Virus record (IMG/VR): IMGVR_UViG_3300028666_000022
Coordinates: 248,001 to 312,000 of that record
Reading direction: 5' to 3' (one strand)
Length of the DNA: 64,000 nt
Shown piece after piece: positions 29,293-38,970 of the stretch. The notes below the pieces were generated by a model that was given only the letters and a program-made list of their open reading frames with translations, had not been told where the DNA came from and ran no database searches. Each line of letters starts with the position of its first letter. Position 1 is the stretch's first letter. Made by a program: the position numbers and the translations under genes.

Positions 29293-29454
29293 ATGGGATA
29301 TTCAAAAGACAAAGACAGGACATTAGGCATAAGACTTGATGTAGATCTCAAAAAGAGATATTTAAAATTTATTAGTGATAATGGATATTCATTATCGAAA
29401 AGAATAAGAGTTTTATTGGAAAATGATATGAAAAATGAAAAAAACAGTATTTGA
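29293..29454 (+). CDS. Ribbon-helix-helix DNA-binding protein (53 aa, below track cut-off)
   Basis: Hand translation MGYSKDKDRTLGIRLDVDLKKRYLKFISDNGYSLSKRIRVLLENDMKNEKNSI*; alternating beta-strand, helix, G-x-S-x-S turn, helix. Overlaps the next gene by 20 nt. Confidence 0.7.
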   Translation: MGYSKDKDRTLGIRLDVDLKKRYLKFISDNGYSLSKRIRVLLENDMKNEKNSI

Positions 29455-30907
29455 TGACATTAGTAGTTTTACTAAGGAAGAACTGAAAATCTGGTTTAAC
29501 ACAGATAATATTGGTGGTCATAAATGTAGAGAAAATTTTATTTTTGAACATTATCCTGATTTACATAAAGAAATTCTTGAATATTCAAAAATAAACCCAG
29601 ATGTCATTAATTGGAAAGAAAAACTATTTAATTATTTAAATAATTTAATTGAAAATCCTAAATGTAAAAATTGTGGAAAAACTTTACATATTAGTACAAA
29701 ACATAAAAATTATCCAACATTTTGTTCAAAAGAATGTTATGATAAAAAACGAAATTTTAAACCAAAAAAAGAAAATATTGATATTAGTGCTTTTTCTAAA
29801 GAAGAATTAAAAGAATGGTTTTTATGTAATAATTATGGTGGGTATAAAACACGGGAAGATTGGCTTAAATTACACTATCCAATTCTTTTAGATAAAATAT
29901 TAAAAAATACTAATGAAATTAATTTAAAATTAAAGGCAAAAATTTATTTATATATTTATGATTTAAAAGAAAGTCCGAAATGTCAAGAATGTGGAAATAA
30001 ATGTAATTTTAGGGATCATTTAACAGAAGGTTTTACTAAATATTGTTGCAATAAATGTTCTCTTAAACAAAGTAGAAAATATAATGGGAAAAATAAAGTG
30101 AATATAGAAAATTATGCATCATTCTCTGATTTTATTATTAAGAATTATAAAAATGGTATGAGTTCAAACGAATGTTACATAAAAGAATCTAATCCAATTG
30201 AATATAATGAAATTATTAATCTACCAATTAACTTAAATAATATTCCTTGGAGAGAGAAATTATATAATTATACACATGGAATCATAGAAAGACCAATATG
30301 TCCTGAATGTGGTAAACCAGTGAAATTTAAAAATTTTAATAAGGGTTATAGAAAATTTTGTTCAAAAAAATGTCAAATAGTTTTTATTAATAATATAATA
30401 AGAAATAATTATAATATTATTATAGCTAAGAGAAAAGAAACTAATTTAAAAAAATATGGTGTTGAACATGCTGCGCAAAATAAAGAAATACAGGAAAAAA
30501 TACAACAAACTATAATTGAAAAGTATGGAGAAATTTATGCAAAATATATTCCAAAATATAATATTAATTCAATAATATATTTAGATATTTTAGCTGAAAA
30601 ATTAAATCTTCATATACAACATGCTTTAAATGGTGGGGAAAAAAGATTTATAAAATATTGGATTGATGGATATAGTGAAAAATATAATGTATGTATAGAA
30701 TGGAATGAAAAATATCATTACACAAAAAAGAATATCGAAAAAGATATAAAAAGAAATAAATTTTTAGTTGAAAATTTTAGGTGTAAGATGATTTATATTA
30801 AAGAAAAAGAATTTTTAAAAGATGTTGAGAAAAATATTGAGATATTATGTAATGAAATAAATGAATATATTAAAACTAAAACTGTTTTAGAACCCACTAA
30901 ATACTGA
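29435..30907 (+). CDS. Homing-endonuclease-like protein: three ~95-aa Zn units + KYGV repeat + Vsr-like PD-(D/E)xK domain
   Basis: Three P.C..CG...CS..C units; KYGVEH; GGEKRFIKYWIDGY...IEWNEKYH. Confidence 0.75.
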   Translation: MKKTVFDDISSFTKEELKIWFNTDNIGGHKCRENFIFEHYPDLHKEILEYSKINPDVINWKEKLFNYLNNLIENPKCKNCGKTLHISTKHKNYPTFCSKECYDKKRNFKPKKENIDISAFSKEELKEWFLCNNYGGYKTREDWLKLHYPILLDKILKNTNEINLKLKAKIYLYIYDLKESPKCQECGNKCNFRDHLTEGFTKYCCNKCSLKQSRKYNGKNKVNIENYASFSDFIIKNYKNGMSSNECYIKESNPIEYNEIINLPINLNNIPWREKLYNYTHGIIERPICPECGKPVKFKNFNKGYRKFCSKKCQIVFINNIIRNNYNIIIAKRKETNLKKYGVEHAAQNKEIQEKIQQTIIEKYGEIYAKYIPKYNINSIIYLDILAEKLNLHIQHALNGGEKRFIKYWIDGYSEKYNVCIEWNEKYHYTKKNIEKDIKRNKFLVENFRCKMIYIKEKEFLKDVEKNIEILCNEINEYIKTKTVLEPTKY

Positions 30908-32015
30908 TAATTGGAAATTTGGGAGGCTGAAATTTCATAGTTTCATTAATATTGGACGCTATCTGTAATCTTTCTCCGGTTAAATTTACCTGAGCAAGTT
31001 TATCTAATTGTTCAAGTATTATTTTTTCTGTATCTTCTTTAAGTTTAAGTCCTTCATCTAACAAATGTCTATAGTCCATAGAAAGTGCGGCTTCTGAAGG
31101 GGAAAAAACTTTACCCTCAAAAAATCCTCTAACATTACCTAAAACAATTTTTACCTTGGCAATTAAAAAATTTCTTATTTGTTGACGAGCAACATCATTT
31201 AATTTTCCCCATTCTAGTATCTTTGTAGGGGCATCTGAAGGTAATCTAACCACATCTGGATTATCTTCTAAACATTTGTCTCTGTTATCTGAATTTGTAT
31301 CATAATAAAAGTACCATATAAGATAACCGTTCCAATGTTTCCCCCATTTGCCAGCTATTTCATACCTATCGCCCGGCACAGGATATAAATGTAACATTTT
31401 TTCTCCTGTTTCTAAACCAGTAATTCTATACGTAAGTGTTGATTGCAACATACGTTTTTTCATCATATTGTCCTGACTCATCAAAAGCGTACTGTATATG
31501 GGTTGTACTAAATTACCGGGACGAGAGAACATATTCGTGCCCGTTATTCCAGCACCCATTGAATTTAAAGCAAATGGATCAACAAGTCCTAAATCTGCAG
31601 ATCCGGGTGTGGACCATAAAACCTCATTTACTTCTCTATTCTTAGGAATTATATAATGTTGTGTATGACCAGAAGTAATAATAAAATCACGTTTTAATTC
31701 CCAACCTTTAGCTGCAGGAGCATTAGTACCCAGACCTACTTGTTTAGAGTAAGCATAGGTAAAAGATTCCATGTAGTGGTTAGATTTAGTTGTAAAAGCA
31801 GTAAGAAAATCACCAGAAAGATCCATTCCTTCAAGGTTAATCCAATTTTGTTGAATTAGCCAACTATTAACTAAAGAAGAATAATCTTCAACAACCATTT
31901 CAAGATAAGAGATCATCATGTCATCGGTAAGTTCGAATGGTCTAAGAGGCCAACCCATTTCATGTTTGATTTGTGTAAATAATTTATTTCTATCTGGTGT
32001 TGTGATTAAAGCCAT
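30897..32015 (-). CDS. Neck protein (T4 gp13-like)
   Basis: QIKHEMGWP....ELTDDM, A..K..LG.VRG.F, MDY..L..EG...K; adjacent to the gp14-like gene. Confidence 0.65.
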   Translation of the reverse strand: MALITTPDRNKLFTQIKHEMGWPLRPFELTDDMMISYLEMVVEDYSSLVNSWLIQQNWINLEGMDLSGDFLTAFTTKSNHYMESFTYAYSKQVGLGTNAPAAKGWELKRDFIITSGHTQHYIIPKNREVNEVLWSTPGSADLGLVDPFALNSMGAGITGTNMFSRPGNLVQPIYSTLLMSQDNMMKKRMLQSTLTYRITGLETGEKMLHLYPVPGDRYEIAGKWGKHWNGYLIWYFYYDTNSDNRDKCLEDNPDVVRLPSDAPTKILEWGKLNDVARQQIRNFLIAKVKIVLGNVRGFFEGKVFSPSEAALSMDYRHLLDEGLKLKEDTEKIILEQLDKLAQVNLTGERLQIASNINETMKFQPPKFPIISI

Positions 32016-32091
32016 ACAAGATTAATATTTAATATAAATACTTGATAAAATAATATATGATATGTTTAATTATAAAATTATTTTGTTTATG

Positions 32092-32125
32092 TTTGTAACA
32101 AAATTAAATTATTTTCGTATATTTG
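32092..32125 (+). promoter_or_regulatory. Bacteroidota-sigma-type promoter (duplicated at 32483-32520)
   Basis: TTTG...TATATTTG; 32096-32133 and 32483-32520 match at 36 of 38 nt. Confidence 0.65.
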
Positions 32126-32153
32126 AATATTAAGAATTAAATAAAAAAATATT

Positions 32154-32444
32154 ATGAATAACGAACAAAACATAATTGATGTTAGTGATAATAAAATCAC
32201 AGTACCACAATTAATTGAAGAATGTAAAAAATACTATGCTCTACCGGGTAATAGAGTTGGTGGAAGTCTTCATATTGTATTAGATGATGATAATATTGGT
32301 GATAATCATATTAAGTATTGTATTGAATATGCTAAAAGTAAAAATGATATAGAAGGCATAAAACTTGGTGAATTAATATTAAAAGCAAGTAAAACACAGA
32401 GAAAGAAACTTGTTAATAATTATTCACATTATTGTTATTGTTAG
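32154..32444 (+). CDS. Hypothetical protein
   Basis: ORF track. Confidence 0.6.
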   Translation: MNNEQNIIDVSDNKITVPQLIEECKKYYALPGNRVGGSLHIVLDDDNIGDNHIKYCIEYAKSKNDIEGIKLGELILKASKTQRKKLVNNYSHYCYC

Positions 32445-32555
32445 ATATTTGGTTTTATTTGTAAATAATATAATTAAAATTTTAACAAATTTAAATTATT
32501 GTCGTATATTTGAATATTAATAATTTAAAAACATTAAAAATGAATTTATACAAAA

Positions 32556-32957
32556 ATGAATTTATACAAAATTGAATTTTTACATGCATCCCCAAAGGAC
32601 AGTGAAATTGGTATGAAATGTTTATTACTTGCTGAAAATGATGAACAAGTTTATGAGTGGTTAAAATCAGAACCAAAAATTGGAGAACGACATCTCTTTA
32701 ATAACTGGAATGATAATGAAACTGAAAATGAAGAATTTAATATTTATGATGATAATTATGAAATCATTGAAAAAGAAAATTTTAAACAAAAAATAATTCG
32801 TTTGAAAGGTCAAATGAATGATGATGATTATGATTACTCGGATGCTTACTATGGTATAACATTATTCGGTTGGAGTATTTTAAAAGAAAATGTAACTACT
32901 GATTATTCTGAATTAATTGAATTAGAAATTGTTTACCGTGTTTTGAATATTAAATAA
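32556..32957 (+). CDS. Hypothetical acidic protein
   Basis: ORF track; start region tandemly duplicated (16 nt). Confidence 0.6.
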   Translation: MNLYKIEFLHASPKDSEIGMKCLLLAENDEQVYEWLKSEPKIGERHLFNNWNDNETENEEFNIYDDNYEIIEKENFKQKIIRLKGQMNDDDYDYSDAYYGITLFGWSILKENVTTDYSELIELEIVYRVLNIK

Positions 32958-32962
32958 TTGAA

Positions 32963-33259
32963 ATGGAAAATTTAATCTGTAAGAAAGTTTCATTTGTAAA
33001 TGAAGAACAAGCATTATTCTATATAAATAAGTTAAATAGAACATCAAAAAGAAATATAATACCACAGAGAGCATATTTATGTGAAAAATGTTTAACGTGG
33101 CATTTAACATCCATTATTAACAATAAAGATAAAATGCTTAATATACTTCAATCAAGAATTGATATTTATTTAAAGGATAATAATATGGATACTAAATTTA
33201 AATTGAGATTAATTGAAGAAAATGAATATATTAAAAAACAAATTTTAAGTTTATTTTAA
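32963..33259 (+). CDS. Hypothetical protein with CKKV.F...RAYLC..C..WHLTS Zn-like motif
   Basis: Motif read from the translation. Confidence 0.6.
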   Translation: MENLICKKVSFVNEEQALFYINKLNRTSKRNIIPQRAYLCEKCLTWHLTSIINNKDKMLNILQSRIDIYLKDNNMDTKFKLRLIEENEYIKKQILSLF

Positions 33260-33270
33260 AATAAGTAATT

Positions 33271-33576
33271 ATGAACTGGATAAAATTTACAGATAAATTA
33301 CCAGAAGTAAATGTAGAAGTACTTTTATTTAATAGTGTAGTTAATAATACTTATGGTATTGGAGCAATTAGTGAAATAGATGAAGATGGTACATTTTGTA
33401 TATATTCTAAACAATTATTATTTAATCAATGTAAAGAATATAAACCTACTCATTGGATGCCATTAATTGCACCTGACGCTAATAAGCAATATTGTGAAAT
33501 CTGTAATGAAGAAATTAGCGATAATAAATTACATGATTCTAATTTTATTTTAGATAATTATAGTGATCATATTTAA
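33271..33576 (+). CDS. DUF551-like protein
   Basis: MNWI...DKLPE....VLL...PTHWMPL. Confidence 0.65.
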   Translation: MNWIKFTDKLPEVNVEVLLFNSVVNNTYGIGAISEIDEDGTFCIYSKQLLFNQCKEYKPTHWMPLIAPDANKQYCEICNEEISDNKLHDSNFILDNYSDHI

Positions 33577-33586
33577 ACTAAATATT

Positions 33587-33997
33587 ATGACAAAAGATGA
33601 GATTAATCAAATGGATAGTGAATATGCTAAAATCTTTCATGAAGAAACAGAAAAAGTAAGATTATTAAAACTTGAATGGAAAAATAAATTAAAGGGACTA
33701 GTAAATATTAATAGTTTATTTAAATGGCTTGATGATCATGATTATTGGTTACCAATTGATATTGTTGAAATATATAATATAGATGAAAAACAAAGTGGTT
33801 ATAGTAGTTATCAACATGTAAGAATAAAAGACGATAAAGATAAATTACTTTACATGATGCAAAATGAAGATGAAATTCGTGGAGTAACTCATTATTGTGT
33901 TTGGCAAACATGTGGAATGATGGGTGATGATTATTCGGGTTATCTTTTATTTCCATTAAAAAATGGTAAATATTTTAAAGTTAGTTATGCGTGTTAA
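33587..33997 (+). CDS. Hypothetical protein
   Basis: ORF track; start moved to ATG 33587. Confidence 0.6.
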   Translation: MTKDEINQMDSEYAKIFHEETEKVRLLKLEWKNKLKGLVNINSLFKWLDDHDYWLPIDIVEIYNIDEKQSGYSSYQHVRIKDDKDKLLYMMQNEDEIRGVTHYCVWQTCGMMGDDYSGYLLFPLKNGKYFKVSYAC

Positions 33998-34022
33998 ATT
34001 AATTATTAAAACATTAAATATT

Positions 34023-34226
34023 ATGAGAATATATGAATTTATTGAAGGAATTAAAATCCTTGAAAAGTATGTGCCAGAAGATGAACTTCAATCATTTGGA
34101 GTTCAATTTGAACATGATCAAATTTATTTTGGGTCTGAATCATGGGTTACTGATGAAGACGATAGAAATAAATTAGTTGAATTAGGATGGTATGTTGAGG
34201 AAGATAGTTGGTGTGCTTTTTCTTAA
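34023..34226 (+). CDS. Hypothetical acidic protein
   Basis: ORF track; start moved to ATG 34023. Confidence 0.55.
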   Translation: MRIYEFIEGIKILEKYVPEDELQSFGVQFEHDQIYFGSESWVTDEDDRNKLVELGWYVEEDSWCAFS

Positions 34227-34255
34227 AAAGAATTTTATTTATATAATAAACAAAA

Positions 34256-34438
34256 ATGATGTATACTAAACAAGAATTTTACGGAACTCTCAGAATAACA
34301 AATCCAATGACATTAGAGAAATGGAAGAAAAGTGGAAAATATCAAGAACTACTTAATGAAGGATATATTTATGCTATTGGTTGTGGAAGATTCAGAAAAG
34401 AAATATGTTTTTGTTATAAATGTCGTAAAATAAATTAA
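34256..34438 (+). CDS. Hypothetical protein with Cys cluster
   Basis: C..F...ICFCYKC. Confidence 0.5.
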   Translation: MMYTKQEFYGTLRITNPMTLEKWKKSGKYQELLNEGYIYAIGCGRFRKEICFCYKCRKIN

Positions 34439-34446
34439 TTAATATT

Positions 34447-35079
34447 ATGAAAACCTTAAACAAAGTCTTTACTGAAGAACAGGTAAATGAAGTTTCAGAG
34501 AAAATACTTAAATCAAGTATTGAAAAAATCAATAATGATTTAAATAGTAGGTTTTATGATGAAATGAAAAGTTTTCTTTATGAACATTATCAAAATGTAA
34601 GTGATAGTATTCATAAAGAACTAATTAAAGAAATTACAGAAGAATTTATTAAAGATCCATTATTATATAAGTTTGCAGGACTTCGTCAAAAATTGTTTAA
34701 TGAAAATAAAGATTTGCTTATAAAAACTTTAACTGACGAAGCAATTGAAAAAAATGTTGAAGATGTTATTTGGCAACATACTAATCAAAATTATCAATTT
34801 GATTGGAAATGGAAGAATGCTATTATTAGGATAATTCTTGAAAACTGGAATAAATTAAAAGATGATGAAAGGATAAATAATGGATTATTAAGAGAAATTG
34901 AACAATTAAAACATCGACTTAATAATATTAAAGAGGTTGATTTAGAAGTAACACAAACTGTAATACAAGATGCTTTATATGCAACAAATCATTATAGTAC
35001 TGATGATTGTGATAATTTAGCTATTGAAATACTAATGTATTTTAAAGATGCTGGATTTATGATTGTTAAGCAATTTTAA
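34447..35079 (+). CDS. Hypothetical helical protein
   Basis: ORF track. Confidence 0.6.
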   Translation: MKTLNKVFTEEQVNEVSEKILKSSIEKINNDLNSRFYDEMKSFLYEHYQNVSDSIHKELIKEITEEFIKDPLLYKFAGLRQKLFNENKDLLIKTLTDEAIEKNVEDVIWQHTNQNYQFDWKWKNAIIRIILENWNKLKDDERINNGLLREIEQLKHRLNNIKEVDLEVTQTVIQDALYATNHYSTDDCDNLAIEILMYFKDAGFMIVKQF

Positions 35080-35145
35080 AAAATTTAAAAATTTTTCTTG
35101 TAATTCAAAATATTTATAATTATCTTTACAATAAATAATGTTCTC

Positions 35146-35418
35146 ATGAAAAAGCTATTAAAAAAATTACTGAATTTAAGATTACGATTTGTAGTTGATT
35201 GTAATTTTAATGATTTGTCTGAAAAAGAAAAGCAAAAATATTTTGACTGGGCTAATGAATTAATCACAGATGATGTATTATTTTGTACACGAGTTTGGTC
35301 AGCTTGGAATGTTGGAACTATGAGCGAAGATGATTTCTTTCCTGCCTATGAAGACGATGATTTCATTTATCGTATTGCTGAAGCATTATTTGAAAGTAGT
35401 AAAAATAAAATATTATGA
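35146..35418 (+). CDS. Hypothetical protein
   Basis: ORF track; LFCTRVWSAWNVGTMSEDDF motif. Confidence 0.6.
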   Translation: MKKLLKKLLNLRLRFVVDCNFNDLSEKEKQKYFDWANELITDDVLFCTRVWSAWNVGTMSEDDFFPAYEDDDFIYRIAEALFESSKNKIL

Positions 35419-35696
35419 TTGAAGTTAAATTAATTAACAATAATTTTCAAAATGGTGAATTTTTACCAAAAAGAAAAATTATTGAAATACCAATTGTTAC
35501 TGAATTACAACAAGATTGTTATTTATTTAATTCTATGGATGCTCCATCTGAATTTAAAATAATGTTATTAAAAGAAGTTGCTAGTAAGATAGATGAAATT
35601 ATTATGAATGATGCTCCTAAACATATTGATAAACAATGGTTAATTAATAAATTAAATAGAATTAAAGTAATTGATTATGGAACTGAAAATAGTTAA
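35415..35696 (+). CDS. Hypothetical protein
   Basis: ORF track. Confidence 0.55.
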   Translation: MIEVKLINNNFQNGEFLPKRKIIEIPIVTELQQDCYLFNSMDAPSEFKIMLLKEVASKIDEIIMNDAPKHIDKQWLINKLNRIKVIDYGTENS

Positions 35697-35913
35697 AAGA
35701 CCATTACAAGATAGTAATACTAAATCAGAAGATTTAGAATTTATTGAACATAAAATTGAAAATAATCAATTAAAAGAGATAATACCAAGTTGGTGTGTTA
35801 AATCTTCTATCTATAGAGAAGGTGATGGAGGTATGAATATGTGGTTTAAGGAAATTGAACGAGTTAAACCAGATGTTATTTATATGAAATACACTCTTGG
35901 AAAGAAAAAATAG
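35677..35913 (+). CDS. Hypothetical protein
   Basis: ORF track; start moved to ATG 35677. Confidence 0.5.
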   Translation: MELKIVKRPLQDSNTKSEDLEFIEHKIENNQLKEIIPSWCVKSSIYREGDGGMNMWFKEIERVKPDVIYMKYTLGKKK

Positions 35914-36035
35914 TTAATGGTATGAATGAAAATGATTGGTTTGAAGATATTTTATATCGTGTAAGATATGACTTTAAAAAATTTTAAAATAACATTATAT
36001 AAATTAAAGTTAAATAAAATTAATAAATAAAAATT

Positions 36036-36239
36036 ATGAATACATTAGAAACAAAAATCAGATTACTTCTAATTGAAAATATTGATGAAGTATTAAATAA
36101 TCCAATTTTGGGTGATTTTGATTGTTATTTTGGCGAAAATCAATCTGAAAGAATGGCTGATGCAGCATTATCTGTTTTATTGGCAACAAAAGAAGCACAG
36201 GATTTAATTAAAAGGATGAGATTGAATTACGTTAAATAA
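36036..36239 (+). CDS. Hypothetical protein
   Basis: ORF track. Confidence 0.55.
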   Translation: MNTLETKIRLLLIENIDEVLNNPILGDFDCYFGENQSERMADAALSVLLATKEAQDLIKRMRLNYVK

Positions 36240-36260
36240 CATTATATAATAACAAATTTA

Positions 36261-36716
36261 GTGCTTAAAATAGAATATGAAATCAAATTAAATAAATCAG
36301 GTAGACCATATATTGAGTTATCTAAAGATTATGAAGATAAGGCAGAGGATAAATTTTTGGTGCTTGAATTAAGTAGATATATTTTACAAAATGTTTACAG
36401 TAATAAAAGTTCTGAATTCGATAAAATTACTTCAGAATATTTAGAAAATTGTCTGGGTTTATTAGGACAAGTTTCAGATGAGGTAGCAATACTGTTACGT
36501 GAACAAATGGAAGTACTAGGAGAAACATCAATTATTATGAATAGAAATTATCATATTCAAGTTGATAGTATTAAAGAAAGAAATAAACTCAATTATAATG
36601 GTATTATTTATAATGATAAAATTTTTGTAAGACAAGAAGGTTTAAAAGTTTTAGTACTTTCAGATATGAAAATATATGAACTCCAAGGTGGAATTGATAA
36701 TGAAAATTGGAAGTAA
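36261..36716 (+). CDS. Hypothetical protein
   Basis: ORF track (GTG start). Confidence 0.6.
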   Translation: MLKIEYEIKLNKSGRPYIELSKDYEDKAEDKFLVLELSRYILQNVYSNKSSEFDKITSEYLENCLGLLGQVSDEVAILLREQMEVLGETSIIMNRNYHIQVDSIKERNKLNYNGIIYNDKIFVRQEGLKVLVLSDMKIYELQGGIDNENWK

Positions 36717-37008
36717 GTAAGATGAAAAATGAGGAAATTTTTAGTTTATTATCAGATAAATTAAATTCTAATATGATTTATATTTTTTATGAGTCTAGTT
36801 CACATGAAATATTATTTAATGATTTTGACGATGCACTCAGTGATTTACAGAACATATATTTTGATATAACCTAATTATTATGAAATAAAAATGAAAAATG
36901 ATTTAATTGAAAATAGGCTACATGAAAATCTCAAAAGAAATTTTAATTATTTATATTACATATTAAATATGTATAACATAAATTATCGACAAAAATAAAA
37001 CAAGTTTT

Positions 37009-37302
37009 ATGTCCAAAGAAAAGAAATTAAGTCGTAATGATCCTAAAGTTTTTGAAACCCTAATAAACAAAGAATTAGAAAAATATGGTGTTAGTTATGA
37101 TTACATAAAAAATAATCAAGAATTTGATGGTGTACCTTGGTATCAATATTATATTTTTAATTCCCAAGAAGAATATGAAAAATGGAAATCTTTTTGTAAA
37201 GAATTTTTACAGAAAAAAGTAACACCGAAAATGACTAATAAGGAATTTAATAATTGGTGGCCTTCGTTTGATTTATGTTATGGCTTGAAACAAAATTTTT
37301 AA
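37009..37302 (+). CDS. Hypothetical protein
   Basis: ORF track. Confidence 0.6.
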   Translation: MSKEKKLSRNDPKVFETLINKELEKYGVSYDYIKNNQEFDGVPWYQYYIFNSQEEYEKWKSFCKEFLQKKVTPKMTNKEFNNWWPSFDLCYGLKQNF

Positions 37303-37328
37303 GAAGTTTTATTTTTAAAAATAATATA

Positions 37329-37625
37329 ATGAATAATTTAATTAATCTAAAAAATATTACTATGAAAGATGATATCATGTATTTAATTGATGTTGTGGAC
37401 AGCCTAAATGATTGTATTTGGGGAGAAGAAGGTGAGAATGAAGAAAATTTTGAACACATGTTCAGTCTTAGATATTCACCTATATTTCAAATGATTTATT
37501 TTGATGACACACTATTGTGGCATTCTGAATTTGAAGATGAATATGAAGATTTAGAAGAATTTTGTAAAGATAGGCTTCGCGAAATAAATGAAAATTTAAT
37601 ATCATTAAATGATTTATTGGAATAA
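37329..37625 (+). CDS. Highly acidic small protein (paralogue of 37638-37913)
   Basis: IWGEEGENEENFE...FDD.LLW...YEDLEEF; start moved to ATG 37329. Confidence 0.65.
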   Translation: MNNLINLKNITMKDDIMYLIDVVDSLNDCIWGEEGENEENFEHMFSLRYSPIFQMIYFDDTLLWHSEFEDEYEDLEEFCKDRLREINENLISLNDLLE

Positions 37626-37711
37626 AACATAAATAATATGGAAAATTTAGTAGAAATAATAGATAACCTCAATACAAGTATTTGGGGAGAAGAAGGTGAG
37701 AATGAAGAAAA
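37414..37711 (+). repeat. 34-bp exact direct repeat (37414-37447 and 37678-37711) within the tandem paralogues
   Basis: GTATTTGGGGAGAAGAAGGTGAGAATGAAGAAAA read twice. Confidence 0.9.
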
Positions 37712-37913
37712 CTTCGAATATAATTTCAATTATAGATATTATACTTCATTCGAATTGATATTTTTTGATGATATACTTTTGTGGAATTCAAATAATGACG
37801 AAAGAGAATGGATAGAAGAACTTGATGATTACGAAGACTTAGAAGAATTTATAAAAAAAGAATATTGTAAATTGAGCGAAAAGATGTTAACTTTTAAAAA
37901 TTTTATTAAATAA
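37638..37913 (+). CDS. Highly acidic small protein (paralogue of 37329-37625)
   Basis: Same motifs as the upstream gene. Confidence 0.65.
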   Translation: MENLVEIIDNLNTSIWGEEGENEENFEYNFNYRYYTSFELIFFDDILLWNSNNDEREWIEELDDYEDLEEFIKKEYCKLSEKMLTFKNFIK

Positions 37914-38264
37914 TAAAAATTATGAAAATATTAGATCATATAATAATTAAGTGTATCTTTGCACTTATACTTGGTTATATATTCTTATCGTTTTGTAATT
38001 GGAGTTTAAATATTGGCCATTGGAATGGGTTTTCTAGATTTTTGTTTGGTTGTGAGTTTATAGTGGTAATTTTGATATACATAGAAGATCTGAGATGAAA
38101 GAAGCTAAACAAGGAGAATTTTCATTAGTTTATAATGAAACAGATAGGGCATTTGCCGTTGCTTTAACAAAAGAACAACACGAAATTTTACAAGCATTTC
38201 TTTGTGGAATCGGAGAAATTAGTGTTATATCAAAAATTGAAGTAAATTATAAAAGAATTGAATA

Positions 38265-38462
38265 ATGGGAGCATTAGAAGGAAGTAAAATGAAAAATGAA
38301 AATGGTCTAAATTATTTAAGAAAAAATTTAAATATTATATTCGATAATAATAACAAATACCGTCATTTTGAAGATATTATAAGATTTTTAGATGATAATC
38401 AGGTATTTGAACTTGACATTGAACTGAGTTTTGATTTAAATTATGTTTATGAAAAATATTGA
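38265..38462 (+). CDS. Hypothetical protein
   Basis: ORF track. Confidence 0.45.
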   Translation: MGALEGSKMKNENGLNYLRKNLNIIFDNNNKYRHFEDIIRFLDDNQVFELDIELSFDLNYVYEKY

Positions 38463-38970
38463 ATATTATTATGATGGTTTTGCTAATCGTTGGAGTAGTC
38501 AACTAAATGAAAATTTGTATGAAAATAATATAGTAAAATTATTAATAGTTTCAATATCAAAAGATTCTGTAATAGAGAATGATTGTTCTGATGGATATTT
38601 AACGTTTATGTATAATCAATATTCTGAAATTAATTTACCAAATAATCATTGTTCAATTATTGGTAAATTTTCCGAATTATCTAATGAAGAATGTGTTCAA
38701 TTAATTTATTCAAAACAAGCTTTAGATGATATAACCAATTATTGTAATTATGGAGATATTTTAGCATTTCGATCAGCTAAAGATTCTCTAAAATCATTAT
38801 TAATATCAAACGATTTGTGGCTTAAAGATTGGATAGTAAAACCAGAAACAATTTGGGAAGCTGAATCGGAATCTCAAGCAGGTGAAATAGCAGATTTATT
38901 TTTAGATTATGAAGAAAAATTAAATAAGGCATCAGAAGATTTTTTAATAATAAAAATAAAAATATGTTAA
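38443..38970 (+). CDS. Hypothetical acidic protein
   Basis: ORF track. Confidence 0.6.
   Translation: MFMKNIEYYYDGFANRWSSQLNENLYENNIVKLLIVSISKDSVIENDCSDGYLTFMYNQYSEINLPNNHCSIIGKFSELSNEECVQLIYSKQALDDITNYCNYGDILAFRSAKDSLKSLLISNDLWLKDWIVKPETIWEAESESQAGEIADLFLDYEEKLNKASEDFLIIKIKIC

Noticed and set aside
35987-36249. 16-nt repeat AAATAACATTATATAA in two consecutive intergenic spacers
   Set aside because: Short and almost all A/T; could be chance or a weak promoter variant, so no claim is made.
36722-37003. Possible frameshifted gene (MKNEEIF...FDIT* continuing in another frame as PNYYEIKMKNDL...)
   Set aside because: No recognisable homology to decide between two tiny genes, a pseudogene or a sequencing error.
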